From Eledone cirrhosa (taxonomy: Eukaryota): a DNA stretch of 64,000 bases. Position 1 is the first letter of the stretch. Each line of letters begins with the position of its first letter. The stretch is from positions 105,896,001-105,960,000 of the forward strand of contig OZ024742.1 of assembly GCA_964016885.1 (NCBI GenBank). Direction: 5' to 3'. A program made the translations under genes and the position numbers. This document shows, piece by piece, positions 28,900-43,633 of the stretch. The notes beneath the pieces were generated by a model that saw only the letters and a program-made list of their open reading frames with translations, ran no database searches and was not told where the DNA came from.

Positions 28900-29505
28900 C
28901 ATGGTGGCTGCCAACTCGTTTTCGAGTATGGCCACTACTTTATATCCATGTAGGAGAACTCCTACCGATGCGCTGAACGAATGTGACTTTAGTCCAGTCA
29001 GCGACTTGAAAACTCTGGTACAAACACTACACTTGTGACAATTATTGACACATAGTGCTAGGCCCATGGTACCATGTGACGACAAGTGCAGAGAGATCTC
29101 CAGATATAAAGCAATGCCTGTGCCGTGAAGCTTTTATAGTGAGCAAAGGCACTGCACAAAGCCAGTCCCACTCTCTTAACCAAGATGATATTTACCAAAA
29201 AGAAGAACAAGTCAACATCATTGGATACCATCAGAGTTGCAGGTGTTATATCAGAGTTTTCCTTCTAGAATTCTGCCTTGACAAAGGCTAAGGGGCCATC
29301 TCTCCCGGTGATTTTGGATGGCTATTGACTCTTAAGAGCTCCTTTTCCCTTTGACAGGTTTTGTTTTTAGTCCTGCAGGATGTCCAAAGTCACCCTCCTC
29401 ACCAAGAAACCTTAGTGGGGTTGCCAGTTTAGTCGCCAACGACCCGACCATGGGACAGGTTGTACTGGAATACATGTTACCAGTAGCACCAAGTGGTGAC
29501 CTGAC
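28900..29505 (-). mobile_element. Internally deleted non-autonomous RTE derivative
   Basis: 5' leader similar to 27160-27255; 3' C2H2-like HKCSVCTRVFKSLTGLKSH; (CATA)n flanks. Confidence 0.65.
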
Positions 29506-29523
29506 ATACATACATACATACAT

Positions 29524-29583
<60 letters not shown>

Positions 29584-29622
29584 ATATTAAATAAATGGAA
29601 ACTATATTTATAAAACCATATT

Positions 29623-29685
29623 TATTTTATTATATATATTTCAAGGGTACCAAAACACTTTGGTACGCTTTCTTCAGATAAAATA
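29623..29685 (-). ncRNA. Type I hammerhead ribozyme in the PLE1 3' end (family A)
   Basis: UAUUUUAU CUGAAGA AAGCGUACCA..UGGUACCCUU GAAA UAUAUA UA AUAAAAUA. Confidence 0.85.
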
Positions 29686-29886
29686 CAAAGTTTGTTTTAT
29701 AAATAGAGACATACCCAGGAAAATCATACCTTATCAGTTGGATATTCTCTGGATAGTGGAAATGTATTAGGGATTTAACTTATGGGTGAATATGCAAATG
29801 AATATGTAAAAAATTGAAAAACAACCGTTTATTTAAACGATTATGGAGAGAGAGAAGAGAGAGGAGAGAAGGACAACATAGTGAGT

Positions 29887-29951
<65 letters not shown>

Positions 29952-30145
29952 AGGAAAAAAGCGAAGATGAATAAAAAAAACTCATATAACGTTAATTTGA
30001 GGGAAATATATTCGAACAATTATCTATGTATATATGTAAATATATATCTTAATAATATGTGTATTTATATTAAAGGGATATTTTACGATTATTAGTTGTT
30101 TAAAATTTGTTTATAATATAATATTTTTCTTCTGTTATAAGTAGA

Positions 30146-30176
<31 letters not shown>

Positions 30177-30826
30177 ATAGATGGCTATATCATGTTATAG
30201 ATAGTTGTTCTAATGAGTTATGAGGGATATTGGTTTTGTATTTTATGTAAATAAATATGTATTTAAAATTGAGAATGATTTGAAATTAAATTAAATTAAA
30301 CTAAATTAACTGAGTTAAGTAAGAATATTTATATTTATATGATTGAAAAGGAAAGATAAGGAAAAAACTCCGGTTTTATTTATTTATTTGTTAGTGTGAG
30401 ACTATTTAGTAAAAATAAGTATGGATGTTTAAGATATATTTAGCCAGAATCAGTTAGGGGTTATCAATCTATTGAAAAACTATTAAAAAAATATTGTGAA
30501 AATATTGAAAAAATATTGAAAAAATATTGAAAAAATCTTTTTAAATTTTGAAAAAAATTTAGAACAAATTTTTGAGAAAATTAAAAACAAATTTTTTAAT
30601 AAAATAATTTTTAAGAGATAAGTAATTTTTAAAGAAATAAAAAATTAAAAAACTTATTAAAATTAAAATTTAAAAAATTAGAATTATATACGTGTATATT
30701 ATATGAACATTTTAAAGAAGTGGAAGTACAGCAAATGTTAGAGATATTATGATTTAGAGATATCAATATATTAAAACCAAGTAGATGAGATTGTTATGGA
30801 GATTAATAGGAATATTATAAGTATAA

Positions 30827-31682
30827 TTATAAGTTATATATAGTTCTGAATGTTGAATTCTGGCGATGTCTACAAGAATTAAATAAATTCGTTCTTAGAT
30901 TGATAGAGTTTTTACAGTTAAGTATATAAAAGATTTCCTCAATACACAATTTGCAGAATCTAGATAAAGCTGTGTTTCGGTACGCGGGTCTTTTGAAACT
31001 GGTTCCCAAGCTAATGAATAGTCTATATTCTTGCATTTTAAGTTCCATATCAGGTTTGAAAGAGAAGTTGAAGATTTTTTATCAAATCTTCGGAAAGAAA
31101 AATTGTGGTTATTCCAGCGAATTTTAAATTCTGTAGAAGTGTCACCTTCATAGTTAAATATATTATTACTGGTTTTAACTGTACATTTATAGACTACGTT
31201 TTTATCTAAACACTTATTTTGTAAAGGACAGTTTGATTTAATTCTACAGTTACATTTTGCGGAGTTGTTGTTGCTCGGAACGGTACTATTAGGTTGGATA
31301 TTGCTAGAAATATTATTATTGCTATTTTGGTTATTTTGGTTAGGGTTTAAATTCAAGTTTCTATTATTAATTCTATTTATATTTTGTACTATGTTCATAG
31401 TAGTAGAGTAGGATAGTTTTATAGTATGTCTGTTAAATATTGAGTGGTATCTGTGGGCTTTAGGAAAACATTTATCTAGTGCTTTAAAGAATAGCTTTGT
31501 TAAAGGTGTTTTAACGCTTAATGAGAATGGGGGTGAGTACCAAATAATATTTCTAGTTCTAGTTCTTCTGTTAGTTTTAGAGTTTAAGATAAATTTTTTA
31601 TTATTATTACAATTAATAGTAGGGTGATTTGCCTTATTATTGTTGTCGATGTAATTAATCTTATTTATATACCCTGCTCTAT
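30827..31682 (-). pseudogene. PLE ORF C-terminus: Cys-rich linker + GIY-YIG endonuclease, frameshifted
   Basis: IIWYSPPFS, FNRHTIKLSYS, CNCRIKSNCPLQNKCL, VVYKCTV..YEG.T..FKIRWNNH, CKLCIEE, CRH. Confidence 0.85.
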
Positions 31683-31738
31683 TTGCGCCGAGTCAGATGA
31701 TCCCATGGCGTAGACATACAATACAACAGGAGGAAACA

Positions 31739-31790
31739 TAGTACCACTGATGATATTGCAGATGTGCAACGAAAGAACTTTGTTAGACTA
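31739..31790 (+). ncRNA. Degenerate hammerhead ribozyme at the PLE1 5' junction
   Basis: CTGATGA 31747-53, TTGCA gatg TGCAA, GAAA 31771-74, short stem III, imperfect stem I. Confidence 0.45.
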
Positions 31791-32315
31791 TATATATGTA
31801 TTTATATCTGTATTTTTGACCATTGGTCAATCAATGATAAACATTGATGGCCGAATGAATTAACTATGGAGATATAAAAGATACAAAAGCGAAAACCAAC
31901 CAAACAGTTATTGTGTTCCGTTATTATTTCTGGTAATACTATTACAACAATATGACCCTCCCCAAGTATAACAATATATAACAATATATATATATATATA
32001 TATATATGAAAGGTCATATGTGAGGTTGTGAGTTCAATTTTCGGACAGGGGTGTGTGTTGCTTCCTTCAGCAAGACATTTTATTTCACGTTGGTCCAGTT
32101 CACTCAGCTGCAGAAATGAGTTGCAACGTCAATAGTGCAAAATTGTACAGGCCATTACCTTTCCCTTGGACAACATATGTGGTGGGGAGAGCGGAAAATG
32201 GTATGAATGTGCAACTGCTAGTCTTCCACAAACAACCTAGCCTGGACTTGTGTCATGGAAGAAAACTTTCTAGGTGAAAATCCCATGGTCATTCGTGATC
32301 GAAGATGACTTTACC

Positions 32316-32359
<44 letters not shown>

Positions 32360-32481
32360 GGTGCTGGATGCTTAAAGCGTCCGTATGCGGTAGGCCGTAT
32401 GAGCACTCGATGCTCTCATAGAGCAGAGTATGATATCACAGAAAAAAAGAGAATCAGTGTTGCGACGAATGGAATTTATTG

Positions 32482-32577
32482 GACATATTACAATCGTTTC
32501 TCTGGCGACCAGCTCGAGGCACGATCGATGTGATGATCGAACCTGACTCTGAAAATCGCAAGGTCCTCAGATACGTC
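32482..32577 (-). ncRNA. Type I hammerhead ribozyme with long stem II
   Basis: GACGUAU CUGAGGA CCUUGCGA...UCGCCAGA GAAA CGAUUG UA AUAUGUC; lies in a (TA)n-flanked element ~32358-32620. Confidence 0.7.
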
Positions 32578-32728
32578 TTGATTCTATGTAGAATCATTTA
32601 TATAGTTATTCACACCGATATATATATATATGACCATATATATATGATCATGGGATATATATATATATATATATATGATCATGGGATATACGTATACGTA
32701 TATATATAGTTAATGTAAATATCTATTA

Positions 32729-32772
<44 letters not shown>

Positions 32773-32775
<3 letters not shown>

Positions 32776-32960
32776 AAAGTGAGGTTTTTTTTACAAAATG
32801 AAAAATAACCGAGGTGTGCTACACGAGTGAAAGTATAAAGAAAAAAAAGATGAAATCGAAAATGCATCTGGAGTCTTATTTAAAAAAAAAAAATGTATAT
32901 TTATTTGGTTCCTTTACCGGTTTCGCAGTTCTTCTGCTTTTCAAAAGTAGAGTTGAGGTG
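32773..32960 (-). mobile_element. Family B single arm + tail; contains a U3-A8 HHR at 32911-32948
   Basis: Matches 2040-2221; core UUGAAAA GCAG..CUGC GAAA CCGG UA AAG. Confidence 0.75.
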
Positions 32961-33304
32961 TAACAAGCAATAAATATAGATTATTTATCGATAACGTTTC
33001 AAAATAAAAATGAAAACAATACACATTTTAAAGCCCCAATATTTCTCTTGATTTAGTATTTCTTCTGATTATTATTGTTGCTAATAATATATTAGTTGTT
33101 GCTGCAATTGTTATTGCTGGTGTTTCTGATGATGTATCTTGTTGCTGCTGCTGCTGCGAGTTTTGTACTAGCTGGTAAGTTCATTCTTGTTGTGAGGCTG
33201 TTTTTTCCCTCCATATTGTTTCTGCTTTAGGTGGTGGTGGTGGAGGTGTTGTCGTACGCATATACGTTTGTTTCACTGCCATAGAAATCAGGCGGAATTC
33301 CCAT

Positions 33305-33306
33305 GA

Positions 33307-33358
<52 letters not shown>

Positions 33359-33518
33359 ATATGTATATATATATATATATTATATATATGTGTATATATA
33401 TATATGGTATATGTATATTAAATGTATATATATATATTATATATATATATATGTACATATATATTGTATATATATATATGTATATATATTATATATATAT
33501 GTATATATATATTGTATA

Positions 33519-33616
<98 letters not shown>

Positions 33617-34290
33617 TATATATATATTATATGTATATATTTATATATATTGCTATATATATTATATGTATATATTTTAAATATATATGTATATATATAT
33701 ATTGTATATATAAAGTATATGTATATATTATATATATATATATATGTATATATATATTGTACATAAATATTATATGTATGTATATTATATATTATATGTA
33801 TCTATATTATATATATGTATGTATATATATATTGTATATATATATTATATGTATATATATTATATATATATGTATATATATATTTTATAATTATAATATA
33901 TATATGTATATATATATTGTATATATATTTTATATGTATATATATTATATATATTATATATATATAATGTATATATATATATTATATATATATATTTTTT
34001 TTATATATATATGTATATATTTTATATATATATATATGTATATACAATATACATACATTTACATTATATATATACAATATATATACATATACATTATATA
34101 TATATATTATATATATGTATATATATATATATTTTATATATATATATATTTATATATATAATATATACAGATATATATATAATGTATATGTATATATATT
34201 GTATATGTATACATATATATACATATATATATAATGTCACTGTATGTATATTGTATACACACACACATATATATATATATATAATGTATA

Positions 34291-34380
<90 letters not shown>

Positions 34381-34395
34381 CATATATATATACAT

Positions 34396-34472
<77 letters not shown>

Positions 34473-34475
34473 TGT
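33305..34475. repeat. Degenerate (TA)n microsatellite, ~1.2 kb
   Basis: Direct inspection. Confidence 0.95.
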
Positions 34476-34595
34476 TGTTGTTTTGCTTCAAAAAATATTT
34501 TTATAGCTGGGATACTACAGGTGCAATTATTTCCAGAACAATATTTATGTTACACTAATTCAGCCATGATTTCCTTGTTAATTTTTTATGGAGTT

Positions 34596-35010
34596 GTAGT
34601 GGTGGTGGTGGTGGAGGTGGTGGTGGTGGTGGCGGTGGTGGTGGGGGGGGTGGGGGGGGGGGGGTGGGGGGGGGGGGGTGGTGGTGGTGGTGATTTGCGA
34701 TGGTGGTGGTGGTGGTGGTGGTGGTGGTGGTGGTGGTGGTGGTGGTGGTTGTGGTGATGGTGGTGGTGGTGATTTGCGATGGTGGTGGTGGTGGTGGTGG
34801 TGATGGTGGTGGTGATGTTGATGGTGGTGGTGGTGGCTGTGCTGTTGATGGTGATTGTGATGGTGGTGGTGGTGGTGGTGGTGGTGGGATACCGGTGTTG
34901 ATCATGATAGAGCTAGAGGTAATGATGGAGGTGATGGTGGTGATAGTGGTGATGGTAGTTGTAAAGATGATATTGGTGATGATGTTAGAGAATTTAGGTG
35001 TGATGGGGTG
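34596..35010. repeat. (GGT)n / G-rich low-complexity tract
   Basis: Direct inspection. Confidence 0.9.
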
Positions 35011-35810
35011 ATGATTACAACGATGGTAGTGATAGGTTTCGTGTGCTAGGGGATGTAATTGCAGTGATGATAGTAGTAAATATAATGATACTGATGGATT
35101 GTACTAATGTTGGTTTTGGTAGAGGACATACTGGTTTCAGTGACGGTGGTAATGATGGTAGTGTCAGAGACGTTGATGGCAACGGAGGGTGTGTCAGAAG
35201 TTGTGTTTTGTTCACGATAGAAGTAGTAATGGTGCTTGTGGTGGTGGGGATATTGCTGAAGATAATGGTTCAGATAATTGTGGATAAAATGGTGTTTTGT
35301 TGGGGATGATGACGTCAACGCCACCATTGATGACATCTTCCCATGGTCCTCTTCTCAGTCACATCATATAACAAAACACTCACCTATTGTCAATAAGCTG
35401 TTATAAAACTCTAGATAATTATTATTTCAACTCTGTAATTATATCTCCGCTCCTCTCCATCACTCCATTATATTTGTGTATTCCTTCAATCAACTATCTT
35501 TTACTTTTCTCTCCTCTTCTCCTACTCTGTGTTTACCATCCTCGTCCGCAGTCTCCCCTCCTCCTACCCGTCTCCCCCCCTCGCCTTCTCCCCTCCTCCT
35601 CCACCTCCTCTACTTCCTCCTCTTCCTCCCACCATATCCTCCTATTCCTCAAACCCCTGCTCTACTACCTCATCAATTTAGATTAAATTTAATATATGAA
35701 TATATAGATAAAAAAACTTCTAATCACACTTCTCATCTCTGCTGGTTTATTCGGCGAAATTCAGCTATGGATGATGCGTTTCCCAATATCTAAATAACCA
35801 AAGAGAATTC

Positions 35811-35920
<110 letters not shown>

Positions 35921-36378
35921 TTATCAAATCTATCTATGCTATATATTATATGTGTTAGTGTGTGTGTGTGTGTGTGTGTGTACGTGTGTCTGCACGTGTG
36001 AGTACAACTTATCATGATGTATCAATAGTGAAGCAAACGATAAGATTAACGTCTAAGTCTTAAGTGATAAGACTGGTATTAAGTCTTATCAGTGAATTGC
36101 GTGTGGCAAACATTGGATTCATCTCCGAGAGCATACAAAAAAAAAAAAAGAAATTAATAAATACATAAAATAAAGCATCAAAATGAAATTTTGAATTTTG
36201 AAAGTATGTTAGCTTAAAGTAACCTGCTTCAACGCATGTTTTTAGAGTTTGAAAATAGTCCAGCAAGTAGGGCAGATATGCCACTAGATACGGAAATGTG
36301 GACAGTACAGGGCTTATATCCCCGTCTTTTTGGACTATATCATAGTCTAGAAAGATAGATAGATAGATAAATAGATAA

Positions 36379-36423
<45 letters not shown>

Positions 36424-36465
36424 CGCTACGATAGAAGTTACTATCTTAGCAATTAAATAATTAAT

Positions 36466-36541
36466 TGTTTCTACTTTTTGGCACAAGGCCAGCAAATACC
36501 CAGTGCATTACTGGTACTTTATTTTATCGACCCGTAAGGAT
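36466..36541 (-). mobile_element. 5'-truncated SINE with 17-bp TSD
   Basis: GCAATTAAATAATTAAT at 36449-36465 and 36542-36558. Confidence 0.8.
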
Positions 36542-37404
36542 GCAATTAAATAATTAATAGTAGATAACAATAGTAGATAACATGGGTTTCGTTTAGATTT
36601 GTTTATATTCTAGTTGAGGCATGTACGGTCTTAATTATGCATAATACCTACATGAGGGCACATGGTTTAATGTTTAGGGTGCACAGCTCATGACCGTAAG
36701 GTCGTGGCTTCGATTTCTTGCAAGTTGTTGTGCCCTTGAACAAGAAACTTTATTTCTCGCAGCTCCAGTGGACACAGCAGGCAAAAATGAGTTGTATCTA
36801 TAATTCAAACAGTGGCACACTGAATCTATCTGAGAAAAGCCTTAAGAATACTCGTGTCAGTGAAAAACTCAATTCCATACACGTTAATTTCACAAGAAGG
36901 CTGTTCCGTTGTTCGTACAACTGGAACACTCCTCGTCGGAGTCGATGGAGGTCCAACCAACACACACATACATGCTTTCATTCACTTAGGTCTCCTAAAC
37001 ATTTCTAGACAGGTACATTGCCGTTGGGATTAATACTCTTTATTTTTAAAGGTTCTTGTGGACTCACCAATCTTAAACTCACACATTCATATATTTACAA
37101 AAACAAAAAAAAACAAAAAAAAACAACAACAACAAAACAAGCTCTTAACTCTTTCGTGACCGTAAATCAATTAACACTTAAAGGATTTTGACGGATTTGG
37201 AAAAACTGTTCATTATTTCATTGCTAAGATAGTAAGTTACAATATACTTATATAAAATTATGTCGGAAGATTTATATAGGAATCCTTTAAAATGAATATC
37301 ATAGATTCATGGAATCAGAGGTGGTTTTAACTGGGTTGATATTAACAGCTTTAAAATACCCAGTATTCTATTCGGTTACTTACTCAAACAACCAACTTCA
37401 TAAT

Positions 37405-37590
37405 ATTAGGAGGAAGGGAAGTCGATTAAATCGACCCCAGTACGTTACTGGTCTATTATTTTATCGACCCCGTAAGGATGAAAGGCAAAGTTAACCTCGG
37501 CGGGATTTGAACTCAGATCGCAAAGGGTTGTAACTCTATGCTGCAAAGCATGGTGTCCAACTCTCTACCGATACTGCCAATCCATCGCCC
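37405..37590 (-). mobile_element. tRNA-derived SINE (Meta-like)
   Basis: Family head and core on minus. Confidence 0.8.
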
Positions 37591-38725
37591 TCGTTTAGTT
37601 CTTAATAATGCAATTTATTATAAGAAATCGAAACTTTTGCGACATTATCACTGACACACCTCCACTATATCTATCGAAAATAAATTCCTGGCGAATTTTT
37701 ATAACTTCTGGGGGCTGGAGGGGTTGCTCTCTCTACACTCATTTTTTAAAAATTTCTATTTTCTCTAGTTTATTCATTTCTTAGTTAATTTGTTCTAAAG
37801 TAAAATCGCATTAGTTTCGAAATTTTTCTCCTCGGAGTTACGTTTGCATATAACAGATAGACTAGATTTGGATATAACATTAATATAATAGACTAGATTT
37901 AAATATAACAGACAGACTAGAGTTACTCTTGAATATAACAGACAAACTAGATTTAGATACAACCTTAGTATAATAGACTAGAGTTAAATACCGTTAATAT
38001 AACAGACTAGAGTTGGATTTACCCTTCACATAATAGGCAGACTAGAATTGGATATACCTCTCATATAACAGGCATACTATATTTGGATATGTACATATGG
38101 ACCCGTAACACCTGATGGAGTCGTGCTGGCTCCATAAGACATTGGATGTGTCTTGAGGACTTTAAACTTAGCGGAGTCCACCTCCTCTCTAGGTCTGAAC
38201 ATCGTCGATGTTATCCACAGGAGGCGAGAGAAAGAGAAAGAAAGTGAGAAAGAGATATAGAGGAATAGAGGATATTGGTTCTTTATCGCCTTAAAAGGAG
38301 GAACGGCAACGTTAACCTCGGTGGGATTTGAATTTAGAGAGTCGGAATAAATGCCGCAGAGCATTCTATCCAACTTTAGATTTGGGTATGCCTTATATAT
38401 AACAGACTAGATTTTGATACATATTTAATTCATCTTGGAATATCAGCAACGGCTTAACTCTTCAGATACTGTCTCAAACCGGTCCTGGTTTTAGAATTTA
38501 AAAAAAGTGTTTATATTTCTCTAAAAAAATCTTCCATCATAATTTTATATAAGTGCCATTATTAAGTTATATTCCAAATACCAACTTAATAATGATAAAG
38601 TTATATTACTAAATATTTGCAAATTATTGATTATTTTGAAAATTATTTATAAATATCAGGCATTGTCTTTTAGTTTGAATTATTGATGTTCTGGACAAAC
38701 GTCTAATGAGAATCATAATCATACA

Positions 38726-41250
38726 TCTATATATATAAAACAGAGGATGTCTGTCTGTGTGTCTGTTTCCCTAAAACTCGAGAAGTACCCAACCGTTTTT
38801 TTTCAAACTTTACACATATAACCCGTATGGCCCCGGAAGTGTTTTGAGCAAAAATAAATTTCAAATTATTCTGACCTAGGGATCGAATTAGTGAAGTGGC
38901 CAATGTCTGTACATAATGAGGGGGTGAGAGGGGAGAGAAAGAAACGGAGAGGCGAAGTGAAGAAGTGGCTCTCTACTCCTCCTCCTCCTTCTCCCCATTC
39001 GTCACAGCGTTTTTCGATAGAGGGGAGAAATGTGAACGAGTTACAGAGAGAAAGAGTGAGAGTGAAAGAAACAGACAGACTAAAAGAGGGGGATAGCGGG
39101 AGAGAGAGGGAGAGTGACAGACGCCGTCTTTTGAGAGTTGTATGCGTCAAAGATACATAACAGTGGAATAACTATTGCGTGTGTGTGTAGTGCGCGCGTG
39201 TGTGTGTGTGTGAGTTTGTGTGCGTTTGCATGCGTGAGTGATTATAAACTTTCTCGCATGGTCTGATGGAATTAACCCTTTAGCATTTACATTACTCTAT
39301 ATATACTATATTATTTTCATGGTAAAGGCTTTATCTCACATACTATAAAAATCTCATAGATTTAATATTATTTATTTTGAGAACAATACCTTAACCCTTT
39401 AGCATTAATGTGAGTGAGTTATAAAGAGAAAGAGTGAGAGTGAAAGAAACAGACAGACTAAAAGAGGGGGATAGCGGGAGAGAGAGAGAGAGAGAGAGAG
39501 ATGCTGGAAGAGGGGAAGGAAAGCTATAAGTAATTAACACGTGTGCGTGTGTGTGTGCGTGCGCACGTGTGTGTGCGTGCGTGCGCGCGTGTGTGTGTGC
39601 GTGTGCGTGTGTGTGTGTGTTCGCGCAGGGTTCCATTATGAGTTAAATCTATTAACATGTGTGTGTCTGAGTTTGCGTGCGTTTCTGCGTTTGTGTGCTT
39701 CAGTGTGTGTGTGTACTTGCGTGTGGCGTTTCATTTACGCCATTTTTGCCACTGACAACATATTCACTAACTTACACTCATTCCAACCGCTGCTTTTACT
39801 GTTACCCCTCTCCCTATCTATACCTCGCTCGGAAATCACATGCATCGGGTTTTAATTCACTGACGAGTTTACTCCTTACTCTACCAGTGAGTTTCAGTGT
39901 ACTTCGTACTGCTTTTAGGTCATGCCTCGAAGGAAGAAATACTCCATTGGCCGAAAAACTGCGAAAGCAGCAACAACACGAACAGGGCGGGCAAACGAAT
40001 CGTCAGTGGAATCTGCTATTCGACCGTCGCTTCAGGACTACCACTTCACATGCTTCTCCTTAAAGTTGGCATCCCTGTAATGCTGCTGCGGAATTTGGAA
40101 CCACCGAGACTGTGCAACGGGACACGGCTGGCTGTAAAAAAATTGATGGCACATGTAATCGAGGCAACAATCCTTCTGGATGCGGAAAAGGTGATGATGC
40201 CTTCATTCCGAGAATTCCTCTCATTCCCTCGGGAGCAGAAATTCCGTTCACCTTCCGAAGACTCCAATTTCCACTTCGGGTCAGTTTTGCTATGTCCATC
40301 AACAAGTCCCAGGGCCAGACTCTTTCTGTGGCCAGACATCTTCTGGAAGAACCGTGTTTCTCCCACGGACAATTGTACGTTGGGTGCTCTAGAGTGGGCA
40401 GCAGGGAAAGTCTTTTCGCATTTGCACGCCGAGGAAAAACAAGAAACATCGTTTACAACGAGATGTTGTAAATGCAACAGCGAGGAGATAGGTCCGTAAT
40501 CACCATTTCTTTAGCCAGCCTGATGAGCTTTTAAACAGTCTCTTAACTAAAACGTATGTTTCCCTCGGTTAAAGGTGATCGCCTTCAGAGAGGAACCCAG
40601 CCTGACAATCGGCGCGGCAATTTAAGGCGGCTGAACAAATCGTGAACGCATAGAGTCATTCTAATGGCTGCCAATGAACGCAACTGAAGTACTTTTTGCG
40701 GCCGTTGGAGAACGCAGTCAAAGCCCTTTCAAAGGCTGCAAGTGAACGATCAAACGGCCCTTTTTAGGGCCGAAATTGTTGATGGTAAGCCCTCATTTTT
40801 AGGGCTGTCAGTGAACGCACACACAACCCTATTTAAGAGGCTCTACTTAAAATTGTTTGATGGCTACAGCAATGGTAAATTCATATCGACCAGCATCTGC
40901 TAAAACAGTGTTATAAGCGCTACAATGGACAGACAGGTACGTTATCGCTCTTCTTAACAAGCCCTGTTTACCTTTACTTATTTTTCCTAATAACATTTGC
41001 TTCCTTTGGTTAAAGGTGAACACACACACGACCCTTTCTTAGCCTCCCTCCCCTCCTTCATGAAATTGGAAATTTATTTTGTTCACAACAATTATTTTTT
41101 TTATGAACTCAGAATTGATTTCATCGTGTGTCCTAATTGAAGAATAAATTGAATTTTGAATAACACATTTCTATACAACATATTTTGGTCTTTTCTTCTA
41201 ATATGTAAGGAACAATTTCATTCCCGGGCAACGCCGGGTGCCTATGCTAG
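38726..41250 (+). mobile_element. Internally deleted Helitron
   Basis: A|TCTATATATATAAAA 5' end; 3' hairpin CCCGGGCAACGCCGGG 41223-41238 and CTAG|T 41247-41250; helicase fragment inside. Confidence 0.85.
40030..40471 (+). pseudogene. PIF1-family helicase C-terminus of Helitron RepHel, frameshifted
   Basis: LKVGIPVMLLRNL..RLCNGTRL, FIPRIPL, RLQFPLRVSFAMSINKSQGQTL, FSHGQLYVGCSRV. Confidence 0.92.
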
Positions 41251-41318
41251 TATTATATATGTTATGATACCTTAAGTTATATATATATATATATATATGA
41301 TATATTTTCTTTAGGTCT

Positions 41319-41406
<88 letters not shown>

Positions 41407-41446
41407 ATTTGTGTATGTATGTATATATGTATATGTAAGTATATCT

Positions 41447-41477
<31 letters not shown>

Positions 41478-41499
41478 TGAGTGTATGTGTGTTTATATA

Positions 41500-42973
41500 T
41501 GCGAATGTATAATGTATACATATGCATTTCGCACACCCACAAAACTCACAATAACAACATACTCATACACACACACAGATACACTTACACACTTCATAGT
41601 ATATTTCCGTCTTCACCTCCCATTCGACTTCCCCTAACAGTACAACAGTAAAAGCAACAACCACACAGAACTAAGATGCCAACCGTGAAGTTGTCACCAT
41701 CTCCATCACCAAACACCAAATACACATCTTTCACACCAACCCACAGGGAATACATACCCATATCACACAAGAGGGTACATTGATACATACACGCACGCAC
41801 ACACACACACCCACCCACCCACACACACGCACACACACACACGCACACACACACACTCACAGGGATCATACGCCCAGACAAACATCCTTCATATGCACAC
41901 AGATGTAAAAAAAAAAACAGTACTCACGCATACATGCACACACTCACGCACATGTACCATACACCGGAATAAAACCCTCGTAACGTATAAGGAGAGCACA
42001 CACACACACACAGACACACACACACATACACACACATATACTCACTTTCTCTTTCTCACACACACACGCACGACATACACAGAAGGTATACGTGTAAAGC
42101 ATAGATGCATACATGTAATTTTCACATAAACCGTAGAGAAAATATCGACACACACAATGGCGCGCACACAAACACACATAATCATGCACAATTGTACACA
42201 CACATATACAAACATACATACACCCAAACACGCATTCACACACATACGCCCAAACATACATTTGGTTATTATGTATAAACATGCCGCTTACATACAGAAC
42301 ACGCATAACACATACATACACTTTAGATACACAACACGAATTACAAAGACCACACATATTAGCAGATAATACACACGTGCAAAGTAATCACACATTGCAT
42401 ATCACACGCGCCGAGCACACACACAAACACACGCACACACACATACACAAACACACACTCACACAGACGCACGCACACACAGACACCCACACACACAAAC
42501 ACACACAGACACACGCGCACATCAACTATCAAACCTGCAATGCATATAGACACACACATCACATACCACCCATTTGGAGCACTAAAAACGCACACACACC
42601 AACAAACATACGGCGCATACACACATACACATCGCACACTAACTGTGTGGAGCATACACACATATAAACCACATACACGGAGCATACACATTTCATACCA
42701 CACGCGCAGAGCATCCACATATACATATTACACCCGTACATAGATACATACACAAACTCACACTCTCATAATATAGGTGGCGTATACGCATCTTCACTCC
42801 AAACGCACGTATAAACAGATCACACATGACACACGTACACAAATACACACACATACACACACATACACACACACACACATACACACACACACATACAGAC
42901 ATACATTCCCATACATATATAGAAATCGTATACGTGTCTTCACTTGAAACGCACGTATAAACAGATCACACAT

Positions 42974-43067
<94 letters not shown>

Positions 43068-43080
43068 TACACACGTATGT
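41500..43080. repeat. CA-rich low-complexity region
   Basis: Degenerate (CA)n; local duplication ~42780-42835 / ~42925-42980. Confidence 0.85.
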
Positions 43081-43633
43081 AGAGATCACACAGATCACAC
43101 CTTCAGTAACAGCTATCATTAATATCCTCTACACCACAAATCACCGACTCCCAACTACACTTCTCTTTCTCACCCTCTCCTGTCTCGCTATCTATTTCCC
43201 CTCCTTCTCTGCTTCCCTTACACACACCCAACCAACTAATACTTTCAACCACCCACACAACAACACACTTAACCAACAATAAAAACAACAAAACCAAACA
43301 AAAAACATCAACAACACCCCCTCTCTATTTCATCCCCACTCCCACACAGACAGCTAACATTTTCAACCTCTCACAGAACAACCTTTACCCGACAACGACA
43401 AGAATAACAGCAACAGTAACTATTCCTAGCTCCTGCATATACCCCCCCCCCTACACACACATACACGAACAAAAAGGCAACACGTTAAACCTTTCTACAA
43501 AGTAATCCCTAGCCAGAACAACAAACCCACCAACAAAAGCTGTATTGTGAACCTCTACATTGTTGGGCGACCTGCTAGAAATAGCAGCCAAATTTCCTCC
43601 AATCACACTCTTTTACTTTATATAAAAAGGAAT

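Larger units (their letters stand above)
29582..31682 (-). mobile_element. 5'-truncated Penelope-like element 1
   Basis: Linker and GIY-YIG coding region, AT-rich 3' UTR, HHR-bearing terminus ending at (TA)n. Confidence 0.85.

Noticed and set aside
29340-29505. Canonical HDV-like or twister ribozyme
   Set aside because: P3/L3/P1.1 and twister core motifs could not be fitted; kept only as an unclassified structured leader
33303-35011. YI-rich and poly-P/V/G ORFs
   Set aside because: Microsatellite artefacts
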